DNA of 62,412 nucleotides, counting the filler. It is 4 parts of 4 records of this genome, joined end to end, with 100 filler letters (N's around TTAATTAATTAA, not from the genome) between each part and the next. Parts side by side here need not be neighbours in the genome. Positions count along the whole stretch, not along the records: positions 38,572 to 56,995 come from DRR723986_5074; 3 more parts are not named here. One strand, written 5' to 3'. Shown one piece after another: positions 40,931 to 50,131 of the stretch (its first letter is position 1; the number at the start of each line of letters is the position of its first letter). The position numbers and the translations under genes are program-made. Below the pieces are notes generated by a model that saw nothing but the letters and a program-made list of their open reading frames with translations, searched no databases and was not told the DNA's origin.

Positions 40931-41725
40931 CTATTTGCCGGATCGACGTACCAACCCACGGGCAGGATCATATCCCCAAAGCGCAAGCGCCACCCAAATC
41001 AGGCCTGCCAACCCAGTCCACATCAGGGCAATCCCATTGAATTGGCCATAGAGCGCAAACCGGATCAGTTCGACCGAATGGCTGAACGGATTAAAGGCGC
41101 AAATATCATGAAGGAGTTCTGAGCTCTCGGCCATCTTCCACAATGGGTACAGTGCAGTAGACAGGAAAAACATTGGGAAAATCACAAAATTCATAACACC
41201 AGCAAAATTCTCAAGCTGTTTGATGGCCGAAGACAAAGCCAAGCCCAAAGCGCCTAACATGACGCCTGCGACCAGCAAAGCGGGCAACAAGGCGATATAG
41301 CCGTACCACGCAAATCTGATGCCATAGAGCGCGGTGATGGCGAGGAAAACATAGACCTGCAAGACCGAGATGCTGGTGCTGGCTAACAGTCGGCAGAACA
41401 ACAACCACCAGCGGGGCAGGGGGCTGGTTAGCAGCAGACGCATCGACCCCATTTCGCGATCATAGACTAAGGACAGCGAACTTTGCATTCCGTTGAACAA
41501 CAAGATCATGCCGCACAAGCCGGGCACGATATAGACTTCGTAAGTGATGTAGGTCGCATAAGGTGGTGTAATCGACAGGCCAAGCGCGGCGCGAAACCCA
41601 GCGGCAAAGACAACAAGCCACAACAACGGGCGAACAAGGGCGGCAATGAACCGGCCACGCTGACTGACAAACCTGAATGCTTCACGCCCAATAATCGCCT
41701 TTAAGGCAATAAGATACGCATTCAT
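40931..41725 (-). CDS. ABC-2 permease of PQQ-ADH systems (PedC/LutF-like)
   Basis: ALVRPLLWL, YDREMGSMR, LENFAGVMNF. Confidence 0.88.
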   Translation of the reverse strand: MNAYLIALKAIIGREAFRFVSQRGRFIAALVRPLLWLVVFAAGFRAALGLSITPPYATYITYEVYIVPGLCGMILLFNGMQSSLSLVYDREMGSMRLLLTSPLPRWWLLFCRLLASTSISVLQVYVFLAITALYGIRFAWYGYIALLPALLVAGVMLGALGLALSSAIKQLENFAGVMNFVIFPMFFLSTALYPLWKMAESSELLHDICAFNPFSHSVELIRFALYGQFNGIALMWTGLAGLIWVALALWGYDPARGLVRRSGK

Positions 41726-42441
41726 GCGGTGGCTCCGGTCATGGCAAGGAAATGATCGGCCAACGGTTTCCCCGCGCGCAGTTCTCCGGTTCGGCCCTGT
41801 TGCAACAACGCCCCATGATGCAAGATCAACAGTTGATCGGTATCGCGGATTTCATCCGCCAGATGTGTGGCCCAGAGGACGGTCAAACCTTCGGTTTCAG
41901 ACAGAGCATGGACGTGATCAGTTATCGACCGCCGTGCCGCCGCATCAAGGCCAACAGTTGGTTCGTCCAGCAGCAACACTTTGGGGGTATGAACCAAGCT
42001 GCGCGCGATTTCCAAGCGGCGGCGATGCCCACCATTCAGGTTGCGCACGATTTCACCCGCGCGCTCGCGCATATCCAACCGATCCAGCGCCGCGTCGATC
42101 CGGTGTTGCGCGTCTTTGCCAGACAGGCCATGGAGGGCCGCGAAATAGGTCATATTACGCTGTGCCGTCAGGTCGAGATCCAGCGTCGGCTGTTGAAACA
42201 CAACGCCCATTTCTCGCAATGCTTTGCGCGGCGTCCGCCCCATATCATGACCTGCAATATCGATGGTGCCTTGGGCCGATGTGAACAGGCGAGTCAGCAG
42301 GGCAAACAGGGTGGATTTACCTGCCCCATTCGGACCCAGAAGGGCACAAAAAGAACCCTGTTCCACACTGAATGTTACGTCGTTCAGCGCCTGTTTGGCA
42401 CCATAGGCGTAGCTGAGATGATCTACGCGCAGTCCTGTCAC
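41722..42441 (-). CDS. ABC ATP-binding protein of PQQ-ADH systems (PedB/LutE-like)
   Basis: GPNGAGKS, VFQQPTLDLDL, LNGGHRRR, WATH. Confidence 0.9.
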   Translation of the reverse strand: MTGLRVDHLSYAYGAKQALNDVTFSVEQGSFCALLGPNGAGKSTLFALLTRLFTSAQGTIDIAGHDMGRTPRKALREMGVVFQQPTLDLDLTAQRNMTYFAALHGLSGKDAQHRIDAALDRLDMRERAGEIVRNLNGGHRRRLEIARSLVHTPKVLLLDEPTVGLDAAARRSITDHVHALSETEGLTVLWATHLADEIRDTDQLLILHHGALLQQGRTGELRAGKPLADHFLAMTGATA

Positions 42442-42899
42442 TTGATGGTGATCTCCAGCCTTTGGGTTTCACCCGTCGAGCCGGGAACCTTCATGTAATA
42501 GCTGCCTGGTTTGATGGCGACAAATCCGATTTCCATCTCACCGGCTTCATCAAATTCGATGCTGTCCAGGCCGAGCGGGCGAATTTCCAAGCCCTCGACA
42601 ACAATCTCGTCGATCCAAATCGCACGAAAGAATTCAGGCCCGATCAAGGCCAGTTCCTGACTTCCGTCCCCCTGGATTTCGAATTCATAATACGTGCCTG
42701 ACTTTAATACCCACGGAGCGGCAGCCAAAGGTTCACCGGCCGACAGGATGACGGGCGGCAAATCTTCTTTGTTCGAACCTGACAAAAGCCCCGCCAGACC
42801 AAATTCGGGCCCATCGTCATCGTCAGCCTGCGCGATTGCAGGCACCGTCAAAGCCAGAGTGGCACCAAAGATTGTGCTCAGGATGGTCAGTTTGTTCAT
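42438..42899 (-). CDS. Exported acidic protein, possibly cupredoxin-like fold without copper ligands
   Basis: Signal peptide, DDDD, PEFFRAIWIDE, FVAIKPGSY; no His or Cys; ATG 42899 after GAGG. Confidence 0.75.
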   Translation of the reverse strand: MNKLTILSTIFGATLALTVPAIAQADDDDGPEFGLAGLLSGSNKEDLPPVILSAGEPLAAAPWVLKSGTYYEFEIQGDGSQELALIGPEFFRAIWIDEIVVEGLEIRPLGLDSIEFDEAGEMEIGFVAIKPGSYYMKVPGSTGETQRLEITIK

Positions 42900-42942
42900 T
42901 TTGAACCTCTTGAAAAAATGGTCTGCCGTTTGACCCCGCAGG

Positions 42943-43923
42943 TCAAGGGCGCATTGCGGCACCCCATGGGAACCGTCCGACTTTGATGGATTTGATTGCT
43001 TCGCGTTTGGCAACATCGATGACAGTCACATCGCCAGAGACACCGTTTGTGGTGAATAACAACGATTTGTCGGGTGAAAAGGCCATGTGCCAGACACGCC
43101 GGCCAACAAGAATGTAGTCTTCGACAGCGAGCGTTTCGGCATTTACAACCGCGATATGGTTGGAGGGGCCCAAAGCGACAAAGGCGGTTTTTTCGTCTTC
43201 GGTGAATTCAAATCCAACAGGCTGTACGCGGTCAGGGTGAACCCCTTTCACCGCAAACGTGATCTTGCCCTTTTCGGTTTGATCGGCGGTGTTAAACACG
43301 GTGATCGATCCGCCAATCTCTGAACTGACCCATAGTTCGCTGCCCCCAGCGGTGAATTCTGCGTGCCGCGGACGTGCATCGACCAATGTGTTGGCAAACA
43401 GTTTGCGCGTTTCGGTGTCGATCCAATGGGCCATATTGGTGGTTTCAGAAGTTGTGATCGCAATTTTTCCATCAGGTGAGACGGCCATGCCTTCGGGTTC
43501 GATCCCAACATTGATCTGTGCCACAACCGTGCGGGTTTCAGTGTCGACCACCGTTGTCACAGCGTCGTCTTCGTTGGCGATATACAGATGGCGGTCGTTG
43601 GGGTGCAGAACGAATTGTTCTGGATCTTCGCCAGAGGGTAAGTCATGCAAAATCTTACCCGTTTCAGGATCCATGACCTGAACAGTGTCGCTGTCAGAGG
43701 CGCAGATATAGACTCGGCTAAAGTCTTTGGAAAAGGTGATCCCACGGGGCCGCTCACCGGTTTCAATTGTGCGTATCACTTCCAAAGTGTCGATGTCGAT
43801 CACACTGACGGTGTCGTCTTTTTCGTTGGTCACCCAGATTTCTGCTGCAATGGCGGGGGAAGCCAAGCCGAGAAAAAGGGGAAGGCTGAGCAGACGCGCA
43901 AGATGCCTGGAGGGGGAAATCAT
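42943..43923 (-). CDS. YVTN-type beta-propeller protein (PedA2/LutB-like)
   Basis: WVTNEKDDTVSVID, GERPRG, GIEPEG, VGRFPWG. Confidence 0.9.
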   Translation of the reverse strand: MISPSRHLARLLSLPLFLGLASPAIAAEIWVTNEKDDTVSVIDIDTLEVIRTIETGERPRGITFSKDFSRVYICASDSDTVQVMDPETGKILHDLPSGEDPEQFVLHPNDRHLYIANEDDAVTTVVDTETRTVVAQINVGIEPEGMAVSPDGKIAITTSETTNMAHWIDTETRKLFANTLVDARPRHAEFTAGGSELWVSSEIGGSITVFNTADQTEKGKITFAVKGVHPDRVQPVGFEFTEDEKTAFVALGPSNHIAVVNAETLAVEDYILVGRRVWHMAFSPDKSLLFTTNGVSGDVTVIDVAKREAIKSIKVGRFPWGAAMRP

Positions 43924-45089
43924 TGAAAAGCCTCGCAATTGGATTCAGGGCGGTCAAGACCGAGGGTGTCGAGTTCGCTGTGTTGATGCAGATACCCCGG
44001 CAACGGTGCCAGTGCGACCAAGGCACGGGGTTGCGTTAGCGGAATTGGTTGACGCAACTGGCCGTTCCATTGGCGATAGCTTAGCGGGCGCCCTTTGAAC
44101 CCGGCCAATTCAAAGTCATCTGACAGGATATAGTCCCGTAATGTTTCGGTATCTGCCGAATTTGTTCGGGTCACGGCCTCTCCAATCGTGCGAATAGCGG
44201 CCCATGCGGCGTAGTCCTTGGGGCGCATCGCACGCCCGGCAAGTTCCGTAAACCGAGACTGGAGCTGAGCCGCGCCCCATTGTTCAACCACTGGCGACCA
44301 AGCGCTTGCAATGAGCCCTTCAGACCCGGCAACGGGACGGGGCAGCCAGGTATTGTAGGCAATGTAGCGACCAAAATCCTGCACCTCATCCGCGATGAGC
44401 AACAGGTCGTATTTACCAAGATCTTGGGTGAACAGCGGCACCTCTTGCGCGGCGTTGCGGCGCATATCGGCATCAAAAACCCATGTCTTTTCGGATTTCA
44501 GTTTCATACCAAATTTGGTGGCGCTGCGGCGCAACGATTGCGCATAGCTCAGGTCATCGGGATGCTCTCCGGAAATCAGGGCCAACGTATCCCACCGCCG
44601 TGATCGTGCAAATTGCATGATGGCATCGGTTTGCATCAAAGAAGAGGGCAGACTGTGCAACAGGTTCGCACGGCACCCCTGATCCCTCAGCGCGTTTTGT
44701 GCAGATGAAACATTGAATAGGACAGCGCCCTGCGCAGCCTCCAGATCGGCTATGGCAAGAATGTCTGTTGCGGGGGCATCAAGGATGATCAGATCACTTT
44801 CGGCCAGCGCTTCTTTTGCTGCTGCCATGAGATCCCCACCTACGGACACGATCCGTGTGTGCAAGCTGTATTTATGACCTAAGAACGCCCCGGTTGTCAG
44901 ATTGTCCGCCAGCCCGAGTTGAGCGCCCATGTCTCCTTCATCCTCGGGGATGGGATCAAGGTTTGAGAGCACCGGTGGGCGTTCAACCGTTTGTTTTAGA
45001 TAGACAACAGGGATAGAAACCTCAGCCAATGCGCCATGCGTGAATAAGGTAAGATATGTCAGGATGAGGCCGAATTTCGGGAAGCGCAC
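43920..45089 (-). CDS. ABC substrate-binding protein of PQQ-ADH systems (PedA1/LutA-like)
   Basis: ADNLTTGAFLG, EQWGAAQLQSRF, GFKG, WNGQLRQP, LDTLGLD. Confidence 0.88.
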   Translation of the reverse strand: MRFPKFGLILTYLTLFTHGALAEVSIPVVYLKQTVERPPVLSNLDPIPEDEGDMGAQLGLADNLTTGAFLGHKYSLHTRIVSVGGDLMAAAKEALAESDLIILDAPATDILAIADLEAAQGAVLFNVSSAQNALRDQGCRANLLHSLPSSLMQTDAIMQFARSRRWDTLALISGEHPDDLSYAQSLRRSATKFGMKLKSEKTWVFDADMRRNAAQEVPLFTQDLGKYDLLLIADEVQDFGRYIAYNTWLPRPVAGSEGLIASAWSPVVEQWGAAQLQSRFTELAGRAMRPKDYAAWAAIRTIGEAVTRTNSADTETLRDYILSDDFELAGFKGRPLSYRQWNGQLRQPIPLTQPRALVALAPLPGYLHQHSELDTLGLDRPESNCEAFQ

Positions 45090-45154
45090 GTCGGTTCCTG
45101 TGCTCTGTTTAATGTACTGTGATCAACCTACGGTGCCGACTGTTCAACCATCTA

Positions 45155-45170
45155 TTGGACCAAGGTCGTA
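45155..45170. promoter_or_regulatory. 16-bp palindrome site 3 (divergent SBP/cytochrome c550 region)
   Basis: TTGGACCAAGGTCGTA. Confidence 0.6.
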
Positions 45171-45262
45171 TGGTGATCCCGGCGATTTCAAACTTAAGTC
45201 TTGTAGCAAGGACCAGATCGGGTCGGCTAAACTGGCACCTGAAAATACGAACGGGAGGACCC

Positions 45263-45943
45263 ATGATGTTCAGATTGCCCTTGGCCACATTTGGCCTGAT
45301 AGCGACAACGACGATGGCTTTTGCTCATGGGGACGTTGCACCACAGCCCATGGATACGGATACGTTGCCGGATGTTGGCGAGGAATGGTTGATCGAAAAC
45401 CCGTATCGCGGCCAAGGCGACGATGTTTGGAAAACTGCGATTGAAATTGGCGACAGTGGCTACAACCAGAACTGTGCACGCTGTCATGGTTTGGGCGTTG
45501 TCTCTGGTGGTCTTGCCCCGGATCTGCGGTATCTTGAGGCCGAAGAATACGGCGATGAATGGTATGTAGAGCGTTTCCAAACCGGATATACCCAAAACGG
45601 AATTACCAAGATGCCGGCCTTTGGCGAACTGTTGGGGCAAAAAGCGGCTTGGGCGATCCGTACCTACATTGAGACGCGCCCGGATGATGGGGAGCTGGAT
45701 GACGCGACCCCGCGGTTGATCCAAATCCGTGACCAGCTCAAGGCGATGGCGGATGGTGGAGACGGGGATGTCGCGGCCCTTCAGGCGGAACTCAGCAGTA
45801 TTGCGGAAACGGTTGAAACCGGTTCAGGTGCACCCATCGCGGATAGCGTTGCATTCCGCGCAGCCTATCTGATTGGCGGCGACGACCCTAATTTCCTCGC
45901 TGCGGCCGAGGCTTTGACGATCGGCTTGTCAGCGACCAACTAA
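45263..45943 (+). CDS. pedF: Cytochrome c-550 (PedF/ExaB-like) with C-terminal extension
   Basis: AHGDVAPQ, ENPYR, YNQNCARCHG, SGGLAPDLR, MPAF, WAIRTY; ATG 45263. Confidence 0.85.
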   Translation: MMFRLPLATFGLIATTTMAFAHGDVAPQPMDTDTLPDVGEEWLIENPYRGQGDDVWKTAIEIGDSGYNQNCARCHGLGVVSGGLAPDLRYLEAEEYGDEWYVERFQTGYTQNGITKMPAFGELLGQKAAWAIRTYIETRPDDGELDDATPRLIQIRDQLKAMADGGDGDVAALQAELSSIAETVETGSGAPIADSVAFRAAYLIGGDDPNFLAAAEALTIGLSATN

Positions 45944-45961
45944 CACAACAGACTGAGGCAC

Positions 45962-46864
45962 ATGACACCCTATCTAGCAGGACTATTCGTTTCTCTTTTT
46001 GGTCTCAGCGCATTCGCGACAGATGTATCAGCGCGATGTGCGGATCATGTGCCTCAACTCAAGCCCCAGAATGCGTCTCGCGACCGCGTGGGGCAAGATT
46101 TGGATACCATCCAAGAGCGTGGCTATATCACCTTTGCCGCGTATGAGGATTTCCCGCCTTGGTCGTCCGAGGTTGCTGGAAAACCCGTTGGCGTAGACAT
46201 CGATATTGGCCGGCTGATAGCGCAGGATCTCGGGGTTGAGGCCAGATTTAACTTGGTCACTCCGGGCGAAGATCTGCTAACAGATTTGCGCAATTGGATC
46301 TGGAAGGGTCCAATTGTTGGCGGCAGCGTGGCCAACATTATGTTGCATGTCCCCTATGACAGTGAATTTGCCTGTCGCGTTGAACAGGTTGTTTTTACCG
46401 GGCAATACCAAGTCGAAGAAATCGCGATTGCCTATCGTCAGGAGGCCTATCCCGAAGATCCCCCAGTGCCCGCCTATTTCAGGTTCGACACGGTGGCGGT
46501 CGAAAATGACTCAATCGCGGATTTTTATCTGTCTGCCTTTCCCGGCGGGCAGCTTGGCCATAACGTAAATCGCTTTCCCAATATGACCGAGGCGATGGCC
46601 GCATTGGCCGCTGGCGAGACAATGGCTGCGATGGGGGCATTGGCCCAGCTTGAGGCCGGAAAACAGGATGGTATCGGGGTTCATACGCCCCCTTTGCCCG
46701 GATTTGCGGTTGGATCGTGGACCGCAGGCGTCGCCGTGCATTTTGCCTATCGGCCTTTGGCTTATGCAGTGGATGACGCAATTTATGCCGCTATCCAAGA
46801 TGGCCGGATGCAGGCAATCTTTGACGCGCACGGTCTGAGTTATCGCCCACCTGAGCTGCGCTAG
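45962..46864 (+). CDS. Periplasmic binding-protein fold accessory protein of PQQ-ADH clusters (MxaJ/XoxJ-like)
   Basis: Signal peptide, YEDFPPWS, GVDIDIG, MLHVPYD; directly after cytochrome c550. Confidence 0.7.
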   Translation: MTPYLAGLFVSLFGLSAFATDVSARCADHVPQLKPQNASRDRVGQDLDTIQERGYITFAAYEDFPPWSSEVAGKPVGVDIDIGRLIAQDLGVEARFNLVTPGEDLLTDLRNWIWKGPIVGGSVANIMLHVPYDSEFACRVEQVVFTGQYQVEEIAIAYRQEAYPEDPPVPAYFRFDTVAVENDSIADFYLSAFPGGQLGHNVNRFPNMTEAMAALAAGETMAAMGALAQLEAGKQDGIGVHTPPLPGFAVGSWTAGVAVHFAYRPLAYAVDDAIYAAIQDGRMQAIFDAHGLSYRPPELR

Positions 46865-46871
46865 AACAGTT

Positions 46872-47768
46872 TTAGCCCAACGTTTCGATATCACCGTTAA
46901 AGTCGACCAGAGTGACCTCTGTTCCCACCGGCAAATGGCTAAGGGCCTGCCGAATTTCTGCGCGTGACATAACGCTAAAGGCGGTGCTGGTCGCATCGGC
47001 AATGGCTGCTTGATTTGTTTTAACACTGACGGTCGACCAACGAGCGGGCGCATTGGTGATTGGGTGCTGGATGTGGGATGCAGATTTGCCGAGTGACATT
47101 GCGGTTGTGCTTGATGTCGCGATGGCTGTTTCAGTCAAACGTCGGGTGCCCAAGTGACCGTGCTTTGGATCCGACAGGCTAAGGGTGAACGGGCCGCCAA
47201 GGGCCGCATATTCGCCGATGTTGATCAAAGCCTGCTCAAATCCCTCGCGGTACAGGTCAGCGCGGACCAAATCAGTGGCAAAGCCTTGGGCGATGCCGTT
47301 GAAAGTCAGCGCTTGATGCTTGGCGAGTGAAATGGCCTCTGAACTGACGTGCACGCGATCCCATCCGATCGCCCGACGGGCCGTTGATGCGTCTTTGCCC
47401 TGGGCTAGTGCCACCCACAAAGGTTGGATGCTTGGATCAAATACGCCCTGAGTGGCAGTATGCATGTCCGAGCATAGGTCCATAAGCCTCAAGAACTCTG
47501 GGGGCGGCGACTTCAAGCGGCCGGTTCGATTGAGGCGCGACAGGTGTGATGACGGATCGTAGAGGCTGAACAAGTGTTCTATGTCGCGCATTTTGGCGAT
47601 GACACGATCCAATGTCAGTTTGACCTGATCCCTTGGGCCAGAAAGCCGTATGCTGACATTGCTGCCAAAGGCACGACCTGACCAACTGTGCGAGCGGGCC
47701 TGCGCCATTGTCCCGCTGCAAACGCTTGCGGCTGTTATGGTAAGAAACCGGCGGCGAGATAGGGTCAT
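46872..47768 (-). CDS. apbE: FAD:protein FMN transferase (ApbE/NosX), Tat-exported
   Basis: SRRRFL, FSLY, FDPSIQP, NGIAQG, ATS, ADATST; ATG 47768. Confidence 0.9.
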   Translation of the reverse strand: MTLSRRRFLTITAASVCSGTMAQARSHSWSGRAFGSNVSIRLSGPRDQVKLTLDRVIAKMRDIEHLFSLYDPSSHLSRLNRTGRLKSPPPEFLRLMDLCSDMHTATQGVFDPSIQPLWVALAQGKDASTARRAIGWDRVHVSSEAISLAKHQALTFNGIAQGFATDLVRADLYREGFEQALINIGEYAALGGPFTLSLSDPKHGHLGTRRLTETAIATSSTTAMSLGKSASHIQHPITNAPARWSTVSVKTNQAAIADATSTAFSVMSRAEIRQALSHLPVGTEVTLVDFNGDIETLG

Positions 47769-49849
47769 TCGGCGGCCTCTCGGTTTTGGGGGGTGCGTTG
47801 GGTTTGACGGGCTGCAAGGATCAATGGCACGCATCGTTGCTCATCATTGTGGATCGAAACGCAATCCAAGCATCCAAAGCATTCGGAATAGGCGATTTCG
47901 CCGGTTTTCTTGATTGATCCGTAGTTGCATTTCATTTTGCAGAGCTGACAGGGTGATCCGCACTCTTCGCGTCGCGCAATCCAGTCCCGCCCACGTATTA
48001 GACCACCAATCGCCATGACGGCGCCTAGTGGGCAGACATAGCGACAGAACCCTTTGAACAGCACCATGCCTGACAGCAGCCAGAAGGCGGCATAAGCCAC
48101 ATAGTACCATTCGCGAATGAAAAAGGTGGTGATGGCTGTTTTGAATGGTTCAATTTCGGCCACTGTGTCGATGCTATCAGGCGAAACAAAGACAGTTGCA
48201 ACCAATCCAGCGAGCAAAACATATTTCAGGTTTTTTAGGCGGGCATCCCACCGGGCACTGGGTTCAATCTTGGGCATTCGCAACAGGCGACCGATGTGAT
48301 GAGTGAACTCTTGCAGCGCCCCAAACGGGCACAGCCAGCCACAAAACAGCCCACGCCCCCAAAGAACGAAACCAAGAATAGCAAACGCCCAAATCAGCAA
48401 CGAAAACGGATCATAGGCGAGAAACGTAAAGCTGCCGCCCTCAAAACTGGTTCTGATCACACCCAATACAGTGACGATAGAAAGCTGACCTTGCCCCCAC
48501 CAGCCAATGAAGCCGGTGACGACCGCCAAAATAGTCAGGCGGATGGGGGTAAAGATCTTGCTGTCTGCCAAATTGTTCTGCGCAAACAACACCAAAGCCG
48601 TCAGTGCGGTCAGAAACACGGCGAGTATCACCATATCCGTTTGTCGATTGCGCAACGCCTCTACCCAAGGGGGCACAGGTTTGGGTGCAACGGGGCGAAC
48701 AAAAAACCGTTCATCAGTGCTGTGTTCAACCGCGAGATTAATCGACCCAACCTCGGGTCGGAAAATCCCGTGTTTACGAATGGCAGAAACGTTTAGGGTC
48801 CAAGCAGTGGCTGGGTCAAACCCAAGACGGCGGTCCGTTCGCAAGATCAACGCAGTTCCGTCAGGAACCTCGCTTGCTAAATCCACAAACAGATCGCTAT
48901 CGCGCAACGCAATGGGGAGACCATTTTGTTCGGCGGATAACCAATTTGGGGCGGTATTTCGTACGAAATCGGGACTGACAAGGCCATGCCGCGCTGTTTC
49001 AATCACCAAGATGGGCTCGTCATCGGGTGAAATAGCTAGAAACTCGCTTAGCTCGGCAAACCCGTCTTTGGACAAAGCGGCGCGTGCGATTGATTTTGGT
49101 CCAAGGTCGACGATCCACAAATCCAGATATGGGGCGTCGGGGTCGCCTGATGCCTCGGGGTCGTCGTCTTCCCATAGCGTATCGGCGAAGGCCGCGTCGA
49201 TTCCCGCGTTGGTGACGACTTTGTGGGTAACGAGCCCTTGTGCGATCAAATCATCCCAGGTCAAGCTCTCGTCAATGTCGGGATTTGGGTGTGCCGGTGG
49301 ACCAGCTGCAAGCCCTTGCATCTTTTCGCGCGCGACGGCCAGCGCGGCACCCATGACCGACTCGTGCGCGATGCGTACAGATGCGGTCGCTTTGGTAACA
49401 CCGTCCAAATAGACCAGCGAAGACCCGGTATCCCCGCCGCCATAAGGCGTTCCAACAACGATAGAGGAGGAGATCGATAGGCCGGGGTATTGTTCAAAAA
49501 ACTTATGAAATGGGGCTTGGCCCAAACCCGAAACAAAGATGGGTTCATTGTGCTCAATCAACCGGACATCCAGAAACTTCCCCTCTAGATCCAATGTGAC
49601 CAAGACGTTGATGGCCGCGCCAGAAAATCCCGGCAATGGGGCAAGCGGTTCTGTTTCAAAGACATATCCAGCCTCGGCCCCCCCCGAATTCAACAGGGAA
49701 TACACCCCTTTGTCATTCAAAGGCTCGCCCAAAGAAAACGGTGGCATGATGAGATCTGCCAACCTGTCGCGTTCCATTGGTGCGGCCAATGCCGGAGTGA
49801 GCAGGGCTAGCCAGATGAAAAATGAAAAGATAATTTGAATCGCACGCAT
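47765..49849 (-). CDS. NosR/NirI-like FMN-binding 4Fe-4S membrane protein
   Basis: DGVTKAT flavinylation-type motif, CGWLCP, EPFKT, CRYVCP, CGSPCQLC, CFGCLDC. Confidence 0.88.
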   Translation of the reverse strand: MRAIQIIFSFFIWLALLTPALAAPMERDRLADLIMPPFSLGEPLNDKGVYSLLNSGGAEAGYVFETEPLAPLPGFSGAAINVLVTLDLEGKFLDVRLIEHNEPIFVSGLGQAPFHKFFEQYPGLSISSSIVVGTPYGGGDTGSSLVYLDGVTKATASVRIAHESVMGAALAVAREKMQGLAAGPPAHPNPDIDESLTWDDLIAQGLVTHKVVTNAGIDAAFADTLWEDDDPEASGDPDAPYLDLWIVDLGPKSIARAALSKDGFAELSEFLAISPDDEPILVIETARHGLVSPDFVRNTAPNWLSAEQNGLPIALRDSDLFVDLASEVPDGTALILRTDRRLGFDPATAWTLNVSAIRKHGIFRPEVGSINLAVEHSTDERFFVRPVAPKPVPPWVEALRNRQTDMVILAVFLTALTALVLFAQNNLADSKIFTPIRLTILAVVTGFIGWWGQGQLSIVTVLGVIRTSFEGGSFTFLAYDPFSLLIWAFAILGFVLWGRGLFCGWLCPFGALQEFTHHIGRLLRMPKIEPSARWDARLKNLKYVLLAGLVATVFVSPDSIDTVAEIEPFKTAITTFFIREWYYVAYAAFWLLSGMVLFKGFCRYVCPLGAVMAIGGLIRGRDWIARREECGSPCQLCKMKCNYGSIKKTGEIAYSECFGCLDCVSIHNDEQRCVPLILAARQTQRTPQNREAAE

Positions 49850-49886
49850 AGTTCAAAACACTAGAAGCAACCGGGCGTTCACAATA

Positions 49887-49939
49887 TGCGACCTTGGTCT
49901 GATCTGATGGCTCAAAGCGATCCTACGACCAAAGGCCTA
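49887..49939. promoter_or_regulatory. 16-bp palindrome sites 4 and 5 (divergent nosR-like/pqqA region)
   Basis: TGCGACCTTGGTCTGA (49887) and TACGACCAAAGGCCTA (49924). Confidence 0.6.
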
Positions 49940-49999
49940 TACTCGGGGCATACCCTTGCGGCTAGTGTAATCCCATCAACCAAGCCCGAGGAGGATCAA

Positions 50000-50107
50000 A
50001 TGGCCTGGACTGCACCTAAACTCAAAGAAGTGAACTGCGGCATGGAAATCAATTCTTATGCACCGGCAGAGGACGAAGGCCGCGAGCAAGAACGCGACCT
50101 GTTCTGA
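50000..50107 (+). CDS. pqqA: PQQ precursor peptide
   Basis: MAWTAPKLKEVNCGMEINSYAPAEDEGREQERDLF with ExxxY; GGAGG RBS; precedes pqqB. Confidence 0.95.
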   Translation: MAWTAPKLKEVNCGMEINSYAPAEDEGREQERDLF

Positions 50108-50131
50108 TCCGCAATAGACGGATAATAGACG

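Noticed and set aside
45188-45203. Sixth copy of the PQQ-locus palindrome (TCAAACTTAAGTCTTG)
   Set aside because: Only the core AC-N4-GTC matches; too degenerate to call.
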